DNA of 63,917 nt, the filler included. It is 15 parts of 15 records of this genome, joined end to end, with 100 filler letters (N's around TTAATTAATTAA, not from the genome) between each part and the next. Parts side by side here need not be neighbours in the genome. Positions count along the whole stretch, not along the records: positions 36,618 to 40,017 come from SRR7504441_15671; positions 40,118 to 46,232 come from SRR7504441_15672; positions 46,333 to 49,939 come from SRR7504441_15681; positions 50,040 to 53,506 come from SRR7504441_15682; 11 more parts are not named here. One strand, given 5' to 3'. The notes below the pieces were generated by a model. The model was given only the letters and a program-made list of their open reading frames with translations. It was not told where the DNA came from and made no database searches. A program made the position numbers and the translations under genes. Shown in pieces: positions 39,191-50,790 of this stretch. Position 1 is the stretch's first letter. The number at the start of each line of letters is the position of its first letter.

Positions 39191-39943
39191 ATGGCGGCAC
39201 GGGCTGTGGCAGTGCTCGCATTGGTGGCTTGCGCGGCGGCGGCCAAGTCTGGGTCGTGCTCAGCCCTCAAGGCAGCTTACAAGGGGAGCTCATGCTGCAG
39301 CTCTAACGGCATGGGCAACCTCACCCGGCAGGAGCTCACCGGGTTGATCAAGGCCACCGTGGCTGAGCTGATGGCCCGTGAGCCGTGCCACCCGACTGTA
39401 GACGAGTCCAAGTTCCTCACCGAGATCTACTTTAACATATCCGGCACCAAAAGCATCTGGGGGCTCGGCTGGGCTGTGCAGGCCGACGCAGGCTCGACCA
39501 GCTATTTCTCCAGAGGCCGAGGCAACCTGTCCACGGTTGGGATCCGGAAGGCCGGATGCGCAAGTGACCCAGGGGTACCCGAGCAATACCGTTCGCCGCT
39601 CATAACCACGGGCGAATTCCGGCCGATGATTACTCTGCTCTACCGGCTTGGGAATGGCTGCCACGTCCGGTCCGAGGGCACCGGGCTAGGCGGACAGAGC
39701 ATGTTTTTGCAAAGTTACGCTGTGGACCCGACGTGCGAATCAGACGAATATGATTGGCTCAATGATGTGGCTGTCTTCGCCAAGTATAATTTCGAATGGG
39801 TTCCCGAGGGTAACGACATGGTGGGCGTCGGTACAGCCCGAGTCTATGAGTTTGCGGATGGCGAATCCATGGATGACTGTCTGCCACTGCCCATGGGCTA
39901 CACTGGGCTGCAAGTATTGGGACCTGGCGGCAAGTTCGTCTAA
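39191..39943 (+). CDS. Secreted protein with N-terminal CxxLKxxYKxxxCC motif and DUF3237-like C-terminal barrel (intronless)
   Basis: Signal peptide MAARAVAVLALVACAAA. C-terminal EYDWLNDVAVFA...ARVYE resembles the DUF3237 family end motif. Confidence 0.55.
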   Translation: MAARAVAVLALVACAAAAKSGSCSALKAAYKGSSCCSSNGMGNLTRQELTGLIKATVAELMAREPCHPTVDESKFLTEIYFNISGTKSIWGLGWAVQADAGSTSYFSRGRGNLSTVGIRKAGCASDPGVPEQYRSPLITTGEFRPMITLLYRLGNGCHVRSEGTGLGGQSMFLQSYAVDPTCESDEYDWLNDVAVFAKYNFEWVPEGNDMVGVGTARVYEFADGESMDDCLPLPMGYTGLQVLGPGGKFV

Positions 39944-40159
39944 TCATGGCTTCAATCTTAAGCTCCACACACAAGGTTTGGCACGCGGCTGTCATACGGC
40001 TCAGTACTGCCGAACAANNNNNNNNNNNNNNNNNNNNNNNNNNNNNNNNNNNNNNNNNNNNTTAATTAATTAANNNNNNNNNNNNNNNNNNNNNNNNNNN
40101 NNNNNNNNNNNNNNNNNGAAATGTATAAATCTGATGAATTGATAACATAATTTAACCAT

Positions 40160-40792
40160 TTGTATTATCAACAGCGCACAACGACCACCGCCAGCCCGAC
40201 CGCGGGCAATCCTTCATCATCGACCAATCTGGACTTGGTTGCAGTCAAGAGCACACTCGAAGCTGCCATGCAGCCGGTATCGGGCGGGTCCAGCCTGTTC
40301 TGTACAAGATTCACCGCGGTCTGCGCAGCCGCATGCAGCTGCGCGAGCTCGGCCATCCAATCGACTGTGCAAGCTGGCACCGCGGTCGATCAGATCGTGT
40401 CTATCGACAGCCCCACGTTTGGCACTGCAGAAATGAGCGCATTCAAGGCCGCCGTGGTTGACGTGCTTGGCAGCACTGGCTCCATCTCAGTGGCTAATGT
40501 CCAGATCGTCTCGGTCAGCTAGAGCTGATTACGCGGGTTGATGTGTGCCAGGTCCAAGTGGTAGCCGAGGAGCTAGTCCAAGCCGATGCAGTGGTGTCGG
40601 AGAGCGAGTCAATGTCGACTGGGACGACCACTGTTACCTACCAGGTATGCCGCATGGGCTGCTGCAATCGATTGCTGCTTGTGGAAGGTTTCGGAGACTG
40701 TTACGCAAGATTCATCTGCTGGAGCGGTCGCAATTCCGGGCTTGGTCAACTTGGTTGCACTCGCCATGTGGTCGATCATGTTGATCACCTGA
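40160..40792 (+). CDS. C-terminal fragment of a Ser/Thr-rich surface protein with hydrophobic (TM/GPI-like) tail
   Basis: Three exons joined by GT-AG introns, ending SSAGAVAIPGLVNLVALAMWSIMLIT-TGA. Confidence 0.5.
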
Positions 40793-40958
40793 TATCCTGC
40801 GCGAGATCTATAACTAGATACGCCGATTGCGAGTTGAATAGTTTGATTATAGAGAGTTGTACGCTGGAGGCCGGGGCGGCTACGCGCCTACCAGTATACG
40901 GCCTGCTACGGAGCTACGTAACATTCTGGCTCATCAGCACGAACTGCGCGCGGGAGCC

Positions 40959-42038
40959 ATGCCGTGCGTGGGAGCCAGTGCGACGGTGGCAGTGACCGGG
41001 GCGAACGGGTTCGTGGCGAGTCACATCGTGGCAGAGCTGCTCAACCGGGGCTTCACCGTCCGGGCCTGCGTCCGGGACCCCAGCAACCCCGAGAAGACCA
41101 GCCACCTGACTGGGCTGCCCGGGGCTGCCGAGAGACTCTCGCTGCACGCGGGCGACCTGAGCAAGCCAAAGTCATACGACGAGGCCTTTGCCGGGGCCGA
41201 GGCGGTGGTGCACGCAGCGGCGGTGGTGGACGTGTCCGGGCTGAAAGGGTCCGCGGCCCAGGAAGGGATCGTGGACCCAAGCCTGGAGGGCACCAAGAAC
41301 GTGCTCGAGAGCGTCAAGGCGGCCGGCACGGTGCAGCGGGTGGTGCACACCAGCTCGGTGGCTGCCATCATGTCGGCGGACCAGCCAGACGGCCACTCGT
41401 TTAGCGAGGCAGATTGGAACGACTGGGGGTCTATCAACAACGGCGATGCCTACGGTTACGCCAAGGCCCAGGCCGAGAAACTGGCCCGGGAGTACGCAAG
41501 CACCACGTGGGACTACGTGTCGATCAACCCGCATGTGGTGCTGGGGCCAGTGATGTGCAAGGCGCACACCAAATCGTCGGCAGCACTCGTTCGGCAGATC
41601 ATCTACAACAATAACCTGAGCAACTACTACTGCCAGTTCGTGGATGCCCGCGAGGTGGCCGCCGCGCACTGCGAGGCACTGGTCCGGCCGGAGGCGGCGG
41701 GCGGGCGGTACATCTTGGTAAACGACCACCCAGTGATGAACACCATGGAGCTGGTTCCGATCGCACAAGAGCAGTTGCCCGAGTATGAGATGACCGCGAA
41801 GCCAATGCACGGCGGAATGGCCGTCTGGTGCGGGAGCATGGTCGGGATGGTCTCCGAGTACGAATACGCGATGAGCACCAAGCGGTTCGGGTTCAGCAAC
41901 AAGCAGAGCAAGGAGGGGCTTGGGGTCGAGTATCGAGCGCTCGACCAAACAGTCAAGGACACCGCCCTCTCGATGATCGATGGCGGATACATCAAACCGG
42001 TCCCCAAAGGCAGCCGGTCTGGTTGCTGTTTGATGTGA
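40959..42038 (+). CDS. Extended SDR, NAD(P)-dependent epimerase/reductase (cinnamoyl-CoA reductase/DFR-like) ending in CaaX box
   Basis: VTGANGFVASHIV, VVHAAA, HTSSVAA, catalytic YGYAK, FVDAREVAAAH; C-terminus SGCCLM. Confidence 0.9.
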   Translation: MPCVGASATVAVTGANGFVASHIVAELLNRGFTVRACVRDPSNPEKTSHLTGLPGAAERLSLHAGDLSKPKSYDEAFAGAEAVVHAAAVVDVSGLKGSAAQEGIVDPSLEGTKNVLESVKAAGTVQRVVHTSSVAAIMSADQPDGHSFSEADWNDWGSINNGDAYGYAKAQAEKLAREYASTTWDYVSINPHVVLGPVMCKAHTKSSAALVRQIIYNNNLSNYYCQFVDAREVAAAHCEALVRPEAAGGRYILVNDHPVMNTMELVPIAQEQLPEYEMTAKPMHGGMAVWCGSMVGMVSEYEYAMSTKRFGFSNKQSKEGLGVEYRALDQTVKDTALSMIDGGYIKPVPKGSRSGCCLM

Positions 42039-42386
42039 GGACCCTCTAAGGACCCTCGTGATTCGATTCAGTAGGCATGCCACGGCAACAAATCAATCGA
42101 TCGATTCTTGAGATCGATTATTATGTAGCAATTGATCGCAACCCTGATATAGCTATTGAATGTGATCTATGTGAACCCAGTAGAGTGCCTGAATGATTCA
42201 GTTTAGAATGAGTTAGGCCCATTTAATTCATTCTCGAACCGCATGGTGTTCTTGTGATGCTTTAAAAGCTTAATAACTAGGTGTTCTTAGTGTGGTTGCA
42301 GCCCTCCAGCAAAACGTGTGCAAGGCCCTTCCTGATAGATTCCACGTATCGCTCCGTTGCTCCGTTGCTCCTGCGCATCCGCTCCA

Positions 42387-44204
<1,818 letters not shown>

Positions 44205-44235
44205 GGATGGTCTCCTCTCGGTCCGCGTCGCCCAG

Positions 44236-44242
44236 TCCGTTA
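44236..44242. promoter_or_regulatory. Candidate Myb/MSA-like promoter element TCCGTTA in the 72-bp hisD/GH32 divergent promoter
   Basis: Same core at 5395, 26142, 39139, 45629, 50717 and 53850 (reverse strand), each just upstream of start codons. Confidence 0.45.
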
Positions 44243-44276
44243 AAGTCGCGTGAGCAGCTTGAGCACAGCCCAGCGG

Positions 44277-45475
44277 ATGCGGCTCGCACTGTTGGTCGCC
44301 CTATCCTCCTCGTGCGCGGGGCGCGTGCCGCCGCCGGCTCCACCGGCCCCGCCAGACGCCTGTCCACAGTATCATACTGGCCGCAAGGAGTACGACCCGT
44401 CGGGGCCGATCCTGATGCCCGACGGCACCTGGCACCTCTTCCCAGACGGCGGCGGGTGGGCACACTACAGCTCACGCGATCTGATCCACTGGAACCTGAG
44501 CCACCCATCCACAGGCTTTGATGGGGACACCGGCTCCATCACCGTGACCCCTGCCGGCGCATTCGCACTGTGGCCCACAAAGCACGATGAAGGGTGCGGC
44601 CACGGGAGCGAGCCGGGCGACAACGTTAGCGCACCTGGCGTGTGCATGGCGGTCGCAACAGGACCTGCACTCGACGGCTTCATACACAAGGGCATTGTGG
44701 GCGCGCCGCCGGCCGGGACCTCCATAGACGACTTCAGGGACCCCGGACGAGCGCTGCAGCTCAAGAGCGGCTGGTACGTCCCGGTGGGCGTTGATGTGCC
44801 GACCAACGGGAGCTGTGTGAGCTCAACGGCGGCCAGCGGCGGCAGGTGCGGCGGCATCAATTGGTTCCGGGCGACGGATGACTCAATGTCGAGATTAGAA
44901 CACACCGGGTTTCTGCTGACTTCTAGCGCCATCGGAATGATGGAGTGCCCTGACGTATTCATTTCGACGGCAAGGCGGTGGTGCTAGTCGGAGCCGGGGG
45001 CTACACACAATTTTGGGTCGGTCGAATTAGCGACGACGACCAGGAGTTCATCCCGGAATACTCTTCCAGGCTGGACATGGGCAAAGTGGATATATCGTCC
45101 ATCTATGCTGCTAAGACAGGCACAACAGCGCTACCCCCGTTCACACGCAGAGTTGTATTCGGATTCACGGGTTGGGGCAGTGGTGCTGAGAGTGGCTGTG
45201 CGCAATGGTATGTGCTGCCGCGAGATCTGACAATAAGCTCGACGGGAAAGCTGCTCCAGTACCCAGCTCGGGAGATGCAAGGGCTACGCAAGGCGAAGGT
45301 GCATTATCCTGCCGTCGCGTCCGGCTCGCAAGTCGAGATCAGGCTGCAATGCGCTTTGCCCAAGGTACTGCCTCTCACGGGAACAATTGGGGTAGACACA
45401 CTCGTGGCATACAACCAGTCATCGGGCCCCAGGCCGCACCGGAACAGCTGTTGCTCCTGCTCGCTGGGACTGTAG
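44277..45475 (+). pseudogene. GH32 beta-fructofuranosidase-like gene, frameshifted and 3'-truncated
   Basis: Signal peptide; YDPSG, WAHYSSRDLIHW, FRDP and MECPD motifs. Frame change at about 44960 with no intron-sized gap; beta-sandwich domain breaks off near 45410. Confidence 0.6.
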
Positions 45476-45663
45476 GGGAAAGCGCGCCGGTCGCCGCAGT
45501 AGATTCGGCCGGAGCGACTGGTCTCGCCCCACAGGAACGGCCGGCGCTCCTCCGACTGCCCCGGCGCCTTGTGGGACTGGTCGCCTGGCGACATTCTGAA
45601 GCTCGGCCACTTATGTGAACTGCGTACGTCCGTTATTCTGAAATCCGGTTGAGGATAACTGAG

Positions 45664-46232
45664 ATGGCGAAGCAGCTAAGTGCTCACAATTTCGCCGCTG
45701 GAAGCTTACGCGGTAGGGCAGGTTTGGCTCTGGTTCTGGTGCTCAGTTTGGGCCTGAGCTCCGGGCGGCCCGAGGACGTGGAGGGGCCAGTGGTCGACAG
45801 CCCGGTCCGGCAGGCCCCTGCGGTCGAGGGGGGCATCCGGCAGCTCAAACAACAAGCGCTCGCCCGGCAACAGCGCGGGCTGGCCAGGGCGGCGGCCGCG
45901 CTGGCCGAGAAGCAGGCTCGAATCCGGCGGGCCGGGGCCAAGGCACGGGCCGAGCTGGAGGACGCGCTCGAGCGAGATCAGGCGGCGGCTCAGCAGCGGT
46001 ATGACCAAAAGCGGATCCTCCTGGAGAACGGGCTCGAGCAAGCGCAGGCCAAGGCCAAGGACGCGGCCGCCAAGGCCGTGGCCGACGCTGATAAGGAGCA
46101 GCAGCAGGCCGGATTGCAGGCGGCCCGGATGCGGCAGCAGAGCAGGCTGGCGGCTGACCTCGCCCCGGCCAAGCGAGGCGAGGACGGCGCCATCGAGAGC
46201 GCCCCTGTGCTGCTCCAGGAGAGCGGGGGGGG
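45664..46232 (+). CDS. Signal-peptide/coiled-coil protein, 3'-truncated
   Basis: Hydrophobic LALVLVLSLGLSSG followed by an Ala/Gln/Glu-rich helix, open to the contig end. Confidence 0.5.
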
Positions 46233-46455
46233 NNNNNNNNNNNNNNNNNNNNNNNNNNNNNNNNNNNNNNNNNNNNTTAATTAATTAANNNNNNNNNNNN
46301 NNNNNNNNNNNNNNNNNNNNNNNNNNNNNNNNTAACAAGATAAACCAGATAAACAGCTTTATATTTATGGGCCAATAAACAATGCTCAACCCTGATAAAC
46401 ACATGAATAAAGGTTTTGATAAATCAAGGTCTACGACGCCCCAACAAGGTTGGAA

Positions 46456-49400
46456 CTATAAATCTATGGTGTTCTCCTTAAACACAATACCCTCGTCCGA
46501 CAGCTTTCGCAATCCAGGTTGATAGATTTCCGGCAACGTTGGCGCGAGCACCCCTGGCCTCAGCCCGCCTTCAAGCGTCAGCTTGACTCCAACTGCGGCA
46601 GTCAGCCCGACTGTGTTGGCCATCGCGCTCTTACTCTCGTCGCCGTATGCTAGGAAGGTGGATGTGATCTTCTGCGCTCGCCCGATCCCGGTCTCCACTC
46701 CAAACTCATGATGCATCAATGCCATATCCCGCTCATCCGGCCCGTAGGTCAGCTTCTGCTCTAACAGGTCGCAAAACGCATCCATCACTGTGCCCTTCTG
46801 GGCCACCTCTGTGTCAGAGAACACGCCCAGCCACTGGAGACAGTCGAGCGCTTCTGGCGTGGCTGCTGCGGCTCCGGGTCCGATCGCCAGCTTGGCGGCC
46901 AAATCACCCCACGTGGCCGGTAGTTCGCTAGTTGCCTGGTCTAGCAGCCCAAATTCACGGAAACTTTGCATGATTCCGCACCAGCCCGCATATCGTAACG
47001 TGCCCCGGTACACCGAGTGCGCGTGCTCGATCTCATAGAGCTTGGCGTAGGGCAGCGAATTCCTGTTGGGCAATTGTTCAAGAGAGAGCGATGGCATTAT
47101 CCTGATCGGCTGGCTGGCGGTGAGCAGTTGCTCGCTAGGGACGTGGATCTGTTGCCCATCCCATCGATAGGTGGCCGCGTTTTGAGCGGCGGTGAGCACT
47201 CCTCGTGGTGACCAGCTGAACTTATAACCAAGCGGGTTGTTGGCTGATTCAGGCGCAGGCAGCCCGCCGCAGACCGAGGAGAAGGAGACCACGCGCCCCC
47301 CACTGTGTTGCACGTGGTCAATCACTGCCTTGGCCGACATGTGGTCCATCCCTGTCGCCCAGTGAACTAGGCCTAGATAGGGTCTCACCAGGGTCCAGGC
47401 CCATCTCGCAGAGCACAGTGATCCCTGCTGCCTCCGCCTCGCTGCTCAGAGCATCCATCTCAGGCGAGACATAGCTTGCAGTGACGAGATCCACCCCTGC
47501 TCGGATGCACTCTTCGGCCACTCTGGGGTGCAGCGGGGCCGGAATCAGCGATAGCACCGCCTTGCACCGGCGTATCTGCTCGGAGAGCTTGTCTGGGTTT
47601 TTCATCGCGTCCAAGGCCATCGGAATCACGTTCGGCCGGCCCAGCTGGGAAGCCAGCTCTGTGGCCTCAGCCATCACAGCTGAGCCCAGAATGACTTGGG
47701 TGGAAGTGTCACGAGACAGGTACTCAACTGCTGGTGCGGCCACAAGCCCAGCCCCGAGCACCAGTACAGCCGACTCTGGCGCCGGCGCGGAGCCAAATGA
47801 CATGGCAGGTGAGTCTTTGAAGTTGCGTGGCTTGAGCGTTTGTGAGAAGTCGCCCTTGCAGTAGTCTGGCAGCTCAGAGATCAAGGCCTTGGCACGCGGG
47901 GTGTTGGCCGCCAGCGCCTGTAGAGAGCCAATCAGTTGATCCAGCCTATCACGGCCCTCGGCAATTGTAAGCTGCACTGTCATGCTTGACGTGACCTGCT
48001 GGTCATGGCCAAGCAGATTGGCCTGCACATCCTGACCAATTACTGAGAATCGACCACCCTCGTCTTCAATCATATTCAGCACTTGGTTGATCAGACCAGT
48101 GTCGTACAGATGCCCGTGCAGCTGAAGAACTGTGCTTCCTGCCAGTGCTCGCACTTCCTCTGGATGTAGAAGCGGCGCTTGCTCACGATCAGCTTCATCT
48201 CTCATCTTCTGGATGTAGCTGTACGCTGGGGTGAGTTTCCCGTGGCAGGTGATCATCGCGCCGTGCATCTCCGGCGCCATCTGGCTTGCTTGCTCGTCAA
48301 ATGGCACTGTACCGTCCGAGCTGGCCAGCGCAGGCACGAACGGCGTGAGCAACTGCCCAAAGTGGTGTGAGGCCTGCACCGCACCAGGCTCAGTCAGAAG
48401 GTCAACGCGGAGCGCGCCTCGCGGGGCAGCTCAGACGGCAGGATATCTACTCCGAGCACCATTATTCCATCTCCATCGAGCCCGTCCGCCGTACTGTTTG
48501 TCCTAGGGTTGTAGAGGAAGAAAGGATCCTCGATCTGTGAATCTCTCGAGAAGAACTCGAGGCTGCCATTAATGTCGCACGAGATGTCTGCCACTCCGAC
48601 GAGTCGTAGCCTCTGCTCCTGGTCTAGCGCTTGCATCTGATCTACCGTGAGCAAGCGGGGATAGCGATTATCCCAATAAGTACAGTTGACCAGCACCGAA
48701 GCATAGGGTGCCACAGATTCGTGGAAATGAGCCTCATACCTGCCACCAACTCAGACATACGCCAGTGTGGGTCTCCACCGCTCAGGGTGTTGGTAATACT
48801 CGACGCGCGAGAAGGGCTGGGCAGCATCGATCGGCTTGACCATCCACTCCTCTTCGACGACGCAGCCATACAATGTGTGCCGGTCTCTCGGCAGGCTCGG
48901 GAGTTCTGACGGGTCGACCATCGTGTGTGGAGTCTGCGCAAACACCTCCTGTGCCCCGCGCGACACGTTGCCGTTCCCGGTGAAGACAAACACCATTGGG
49001 TCGAAGTCTTCCGGAAGCCCGGCCTGCCTGATTTGCTGGCCCATAGACGCAACTGCCTCAAGGCCGCGCTGGTAGTCATTGTACATATACGCAGAGCCCA
49101 TCGACAGGAACGGACTCGAATATCCGCGTGCCAGCAGTCGCCCGCCCACACCGCGGAAGCAGTCGATCATCCCGGCTTTGCCTGCGTATTCACCAAATGC
49201 TACTAGCCGAGGTGCTGACCGGTTTCCTGACGACACGCAGGCTGGCAGGCGGGCAGCCAAGGGCGTCGCACCGTCTTTGGTGATGCACTCGTAGTCGATC
49301 AACCGGATGTTCTTGGACAGAAGCGCATCCAGCAGAGGCATGTTCTCCGGCTGTGCCTGCGCAACCGGCTGGCAGGGTGGCGACCAGCAGGAGTGCCTTG

Positions 49401-49795
49401 ATGGTGTGACTAAAGAACACATACGTCCGCTCCGGGAGAAGATCAGCGATCGGCACTTGCTTCACCCCGAAGATCACGCTCGCCTCGCTCAAATCGTCTG
49501 TCAGCACGGCCCCCGCCTGTTCGAATTCCCTGTCCTGAAATACGCGCTTCTTTGAAGGCTGCACCTGCTGGTAGGTCAGCTGGTAGACCCAGCTGGCGAG
49601 GACCAGCACTCTCAGTCCCGACTCCTCGACCAGTTGCTGCACGTGCGTCGGGGTGAGAGGTGACCGGCGTTCCCATTTGCTGCGCGGCCAAGGTCAGCGT
49701 GCCAGGGCTGCTAGGCTGCTACGAGGCTGAGGCCGGGGGAGGGCTGACCTGTAGATCTCCTTGACGATCCCTATACACTTGTTGCCGCGCAGCAT
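46456..49795 (-). CDS. AASS: Bifunctional lysine-ketoglutarate reductase/saccharopine dehydrogenase (alpha-aminoadipic semialdehyde synthase), 7 introns
   Basis: KWERRSPLTP, FFSHTIK|AQPEN, RLIDYE, RLVAFGEYAGKAG, DISCD, LPSELPRE|AS, LGAGLVA, EMGLDPG|MDH, CGGLPAPE..NNPLGYKFSWSP. Confidence 0.95.
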
Positions 49796-50040
49796 TGCTT
49801 CCCTGCCTGTTGGCACCCTGATGAGGCAGGTGGGATATCGATCATCACGATTTAAACACTAGGAATTCCTAGATCTACCATGCAGGTACCGGTGTATGAG
49901 AGTACAGTCAACGTCCACCGTTTAGAGAACCGACCGTTTNNNNNNNNNNNNNNNNNNNNNNNNNNNNNNNNNNNNNNNNNNNNTTAATTAATTAANNNNN
50001 NNNNNNNNNNNNNNNNNNNNNNNNNNNNNNNNNNNNNNNG

Positions 50041-50613
50041 GGCAAGGGCAAGGGCAAGGGCAAGGGCAAAGGGAAGGGGCGCCGGAGCAAGGGCGAGCAG
50101 GACGAGGATTATTACGAGGGCACAGTGGCATACGACGGCGGGCCTCTAGTGCCCAGGGCCAGCGCGCCCCGGGCGAGGGAGCCGTGGAGCTGCCCGGCCT
50201 GCACGCTGATCAACAAGGAGGACAACCTGCGCTGCGAGCTGTGCGGCTGCGCGGTGCCGGCAGTGGCGCTGGAGCAACAGCAGCTAGGCTCAGGACAGGA
50301 GAGCAACAAGGCTGACGGGTGGGAATGCGCGGTGTGCACGCTGGTCAACGGCAGCCAGGAGCGGGTGTGCGTGGCGTGCGGGGCCGAGCCTGCTGAGGTG
50401 GAGGCCGGGCCCGTGGATGACAGGCAGCAGCTGCTTGCATCGATGTTCAGCTTTGATCCGCCACCAAGTGACGACTGGGGCGACGGCAAGGGCAAGGGCA
50501 AAGGCAAGGGGCGCAGATCGCGCGATTCGGAGCATGGCGATACAGAGCGCGAGGGCCGGAAGGGCGGGAAGGGAGGCCGGAAGGGTGGGAAAGGCAAGGG
50601 CCGCCGACGATAA
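50041..50613 (+). CDS. C-terminal fragment with two RanBP2/NZF zinc fingers and Gly-Lys repeats
   Basis: WSCPACTLIN...RCELC and WECAVCTLVN...VCVAC; (GK)n tracts. Confidence 0.85.
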   Translation, partial: GKGKGKGKGKGKGRRSKGEQDEDYYEGTVAYDGGPLVPRASAPRAREPWSCPACTLINKEDNLRCELCGCAVPAVALEQQQLGSGQESNKADGWECAVCTLVNGSQERVCVACGAEPAEVEAGPVDDRQQLLASMFSFDPPPSDDWGDGKGKGKGKGRRSRDSEHGDTEREGRKGGKGGRKGGKGKGRRR

Positions 50614-50790
50614 GGCCGGTGTGGCTAATGACAAACACTGTAGTAAAAGCATCCATAGGATCGGACGGGCAGCTTGGTTGCATCCGTACCCGCGGCGCCA
50701 CTCAAATTGAGCACCCCCGTTATTATTGTTATCTGGATTGAGCACCCGGCAATAATATCGTTAGTGTTCGGCTGTGCCCCCTCGACAACA

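Noticed and set aside
41021-42083. Long antisense and overlapping ORFs (e.g. 41172-42083, 35293-36210, 4522-5412)
   Set aside because: Expected shadow ORFs of GC-rich coding sequence; no recognisable motifs.
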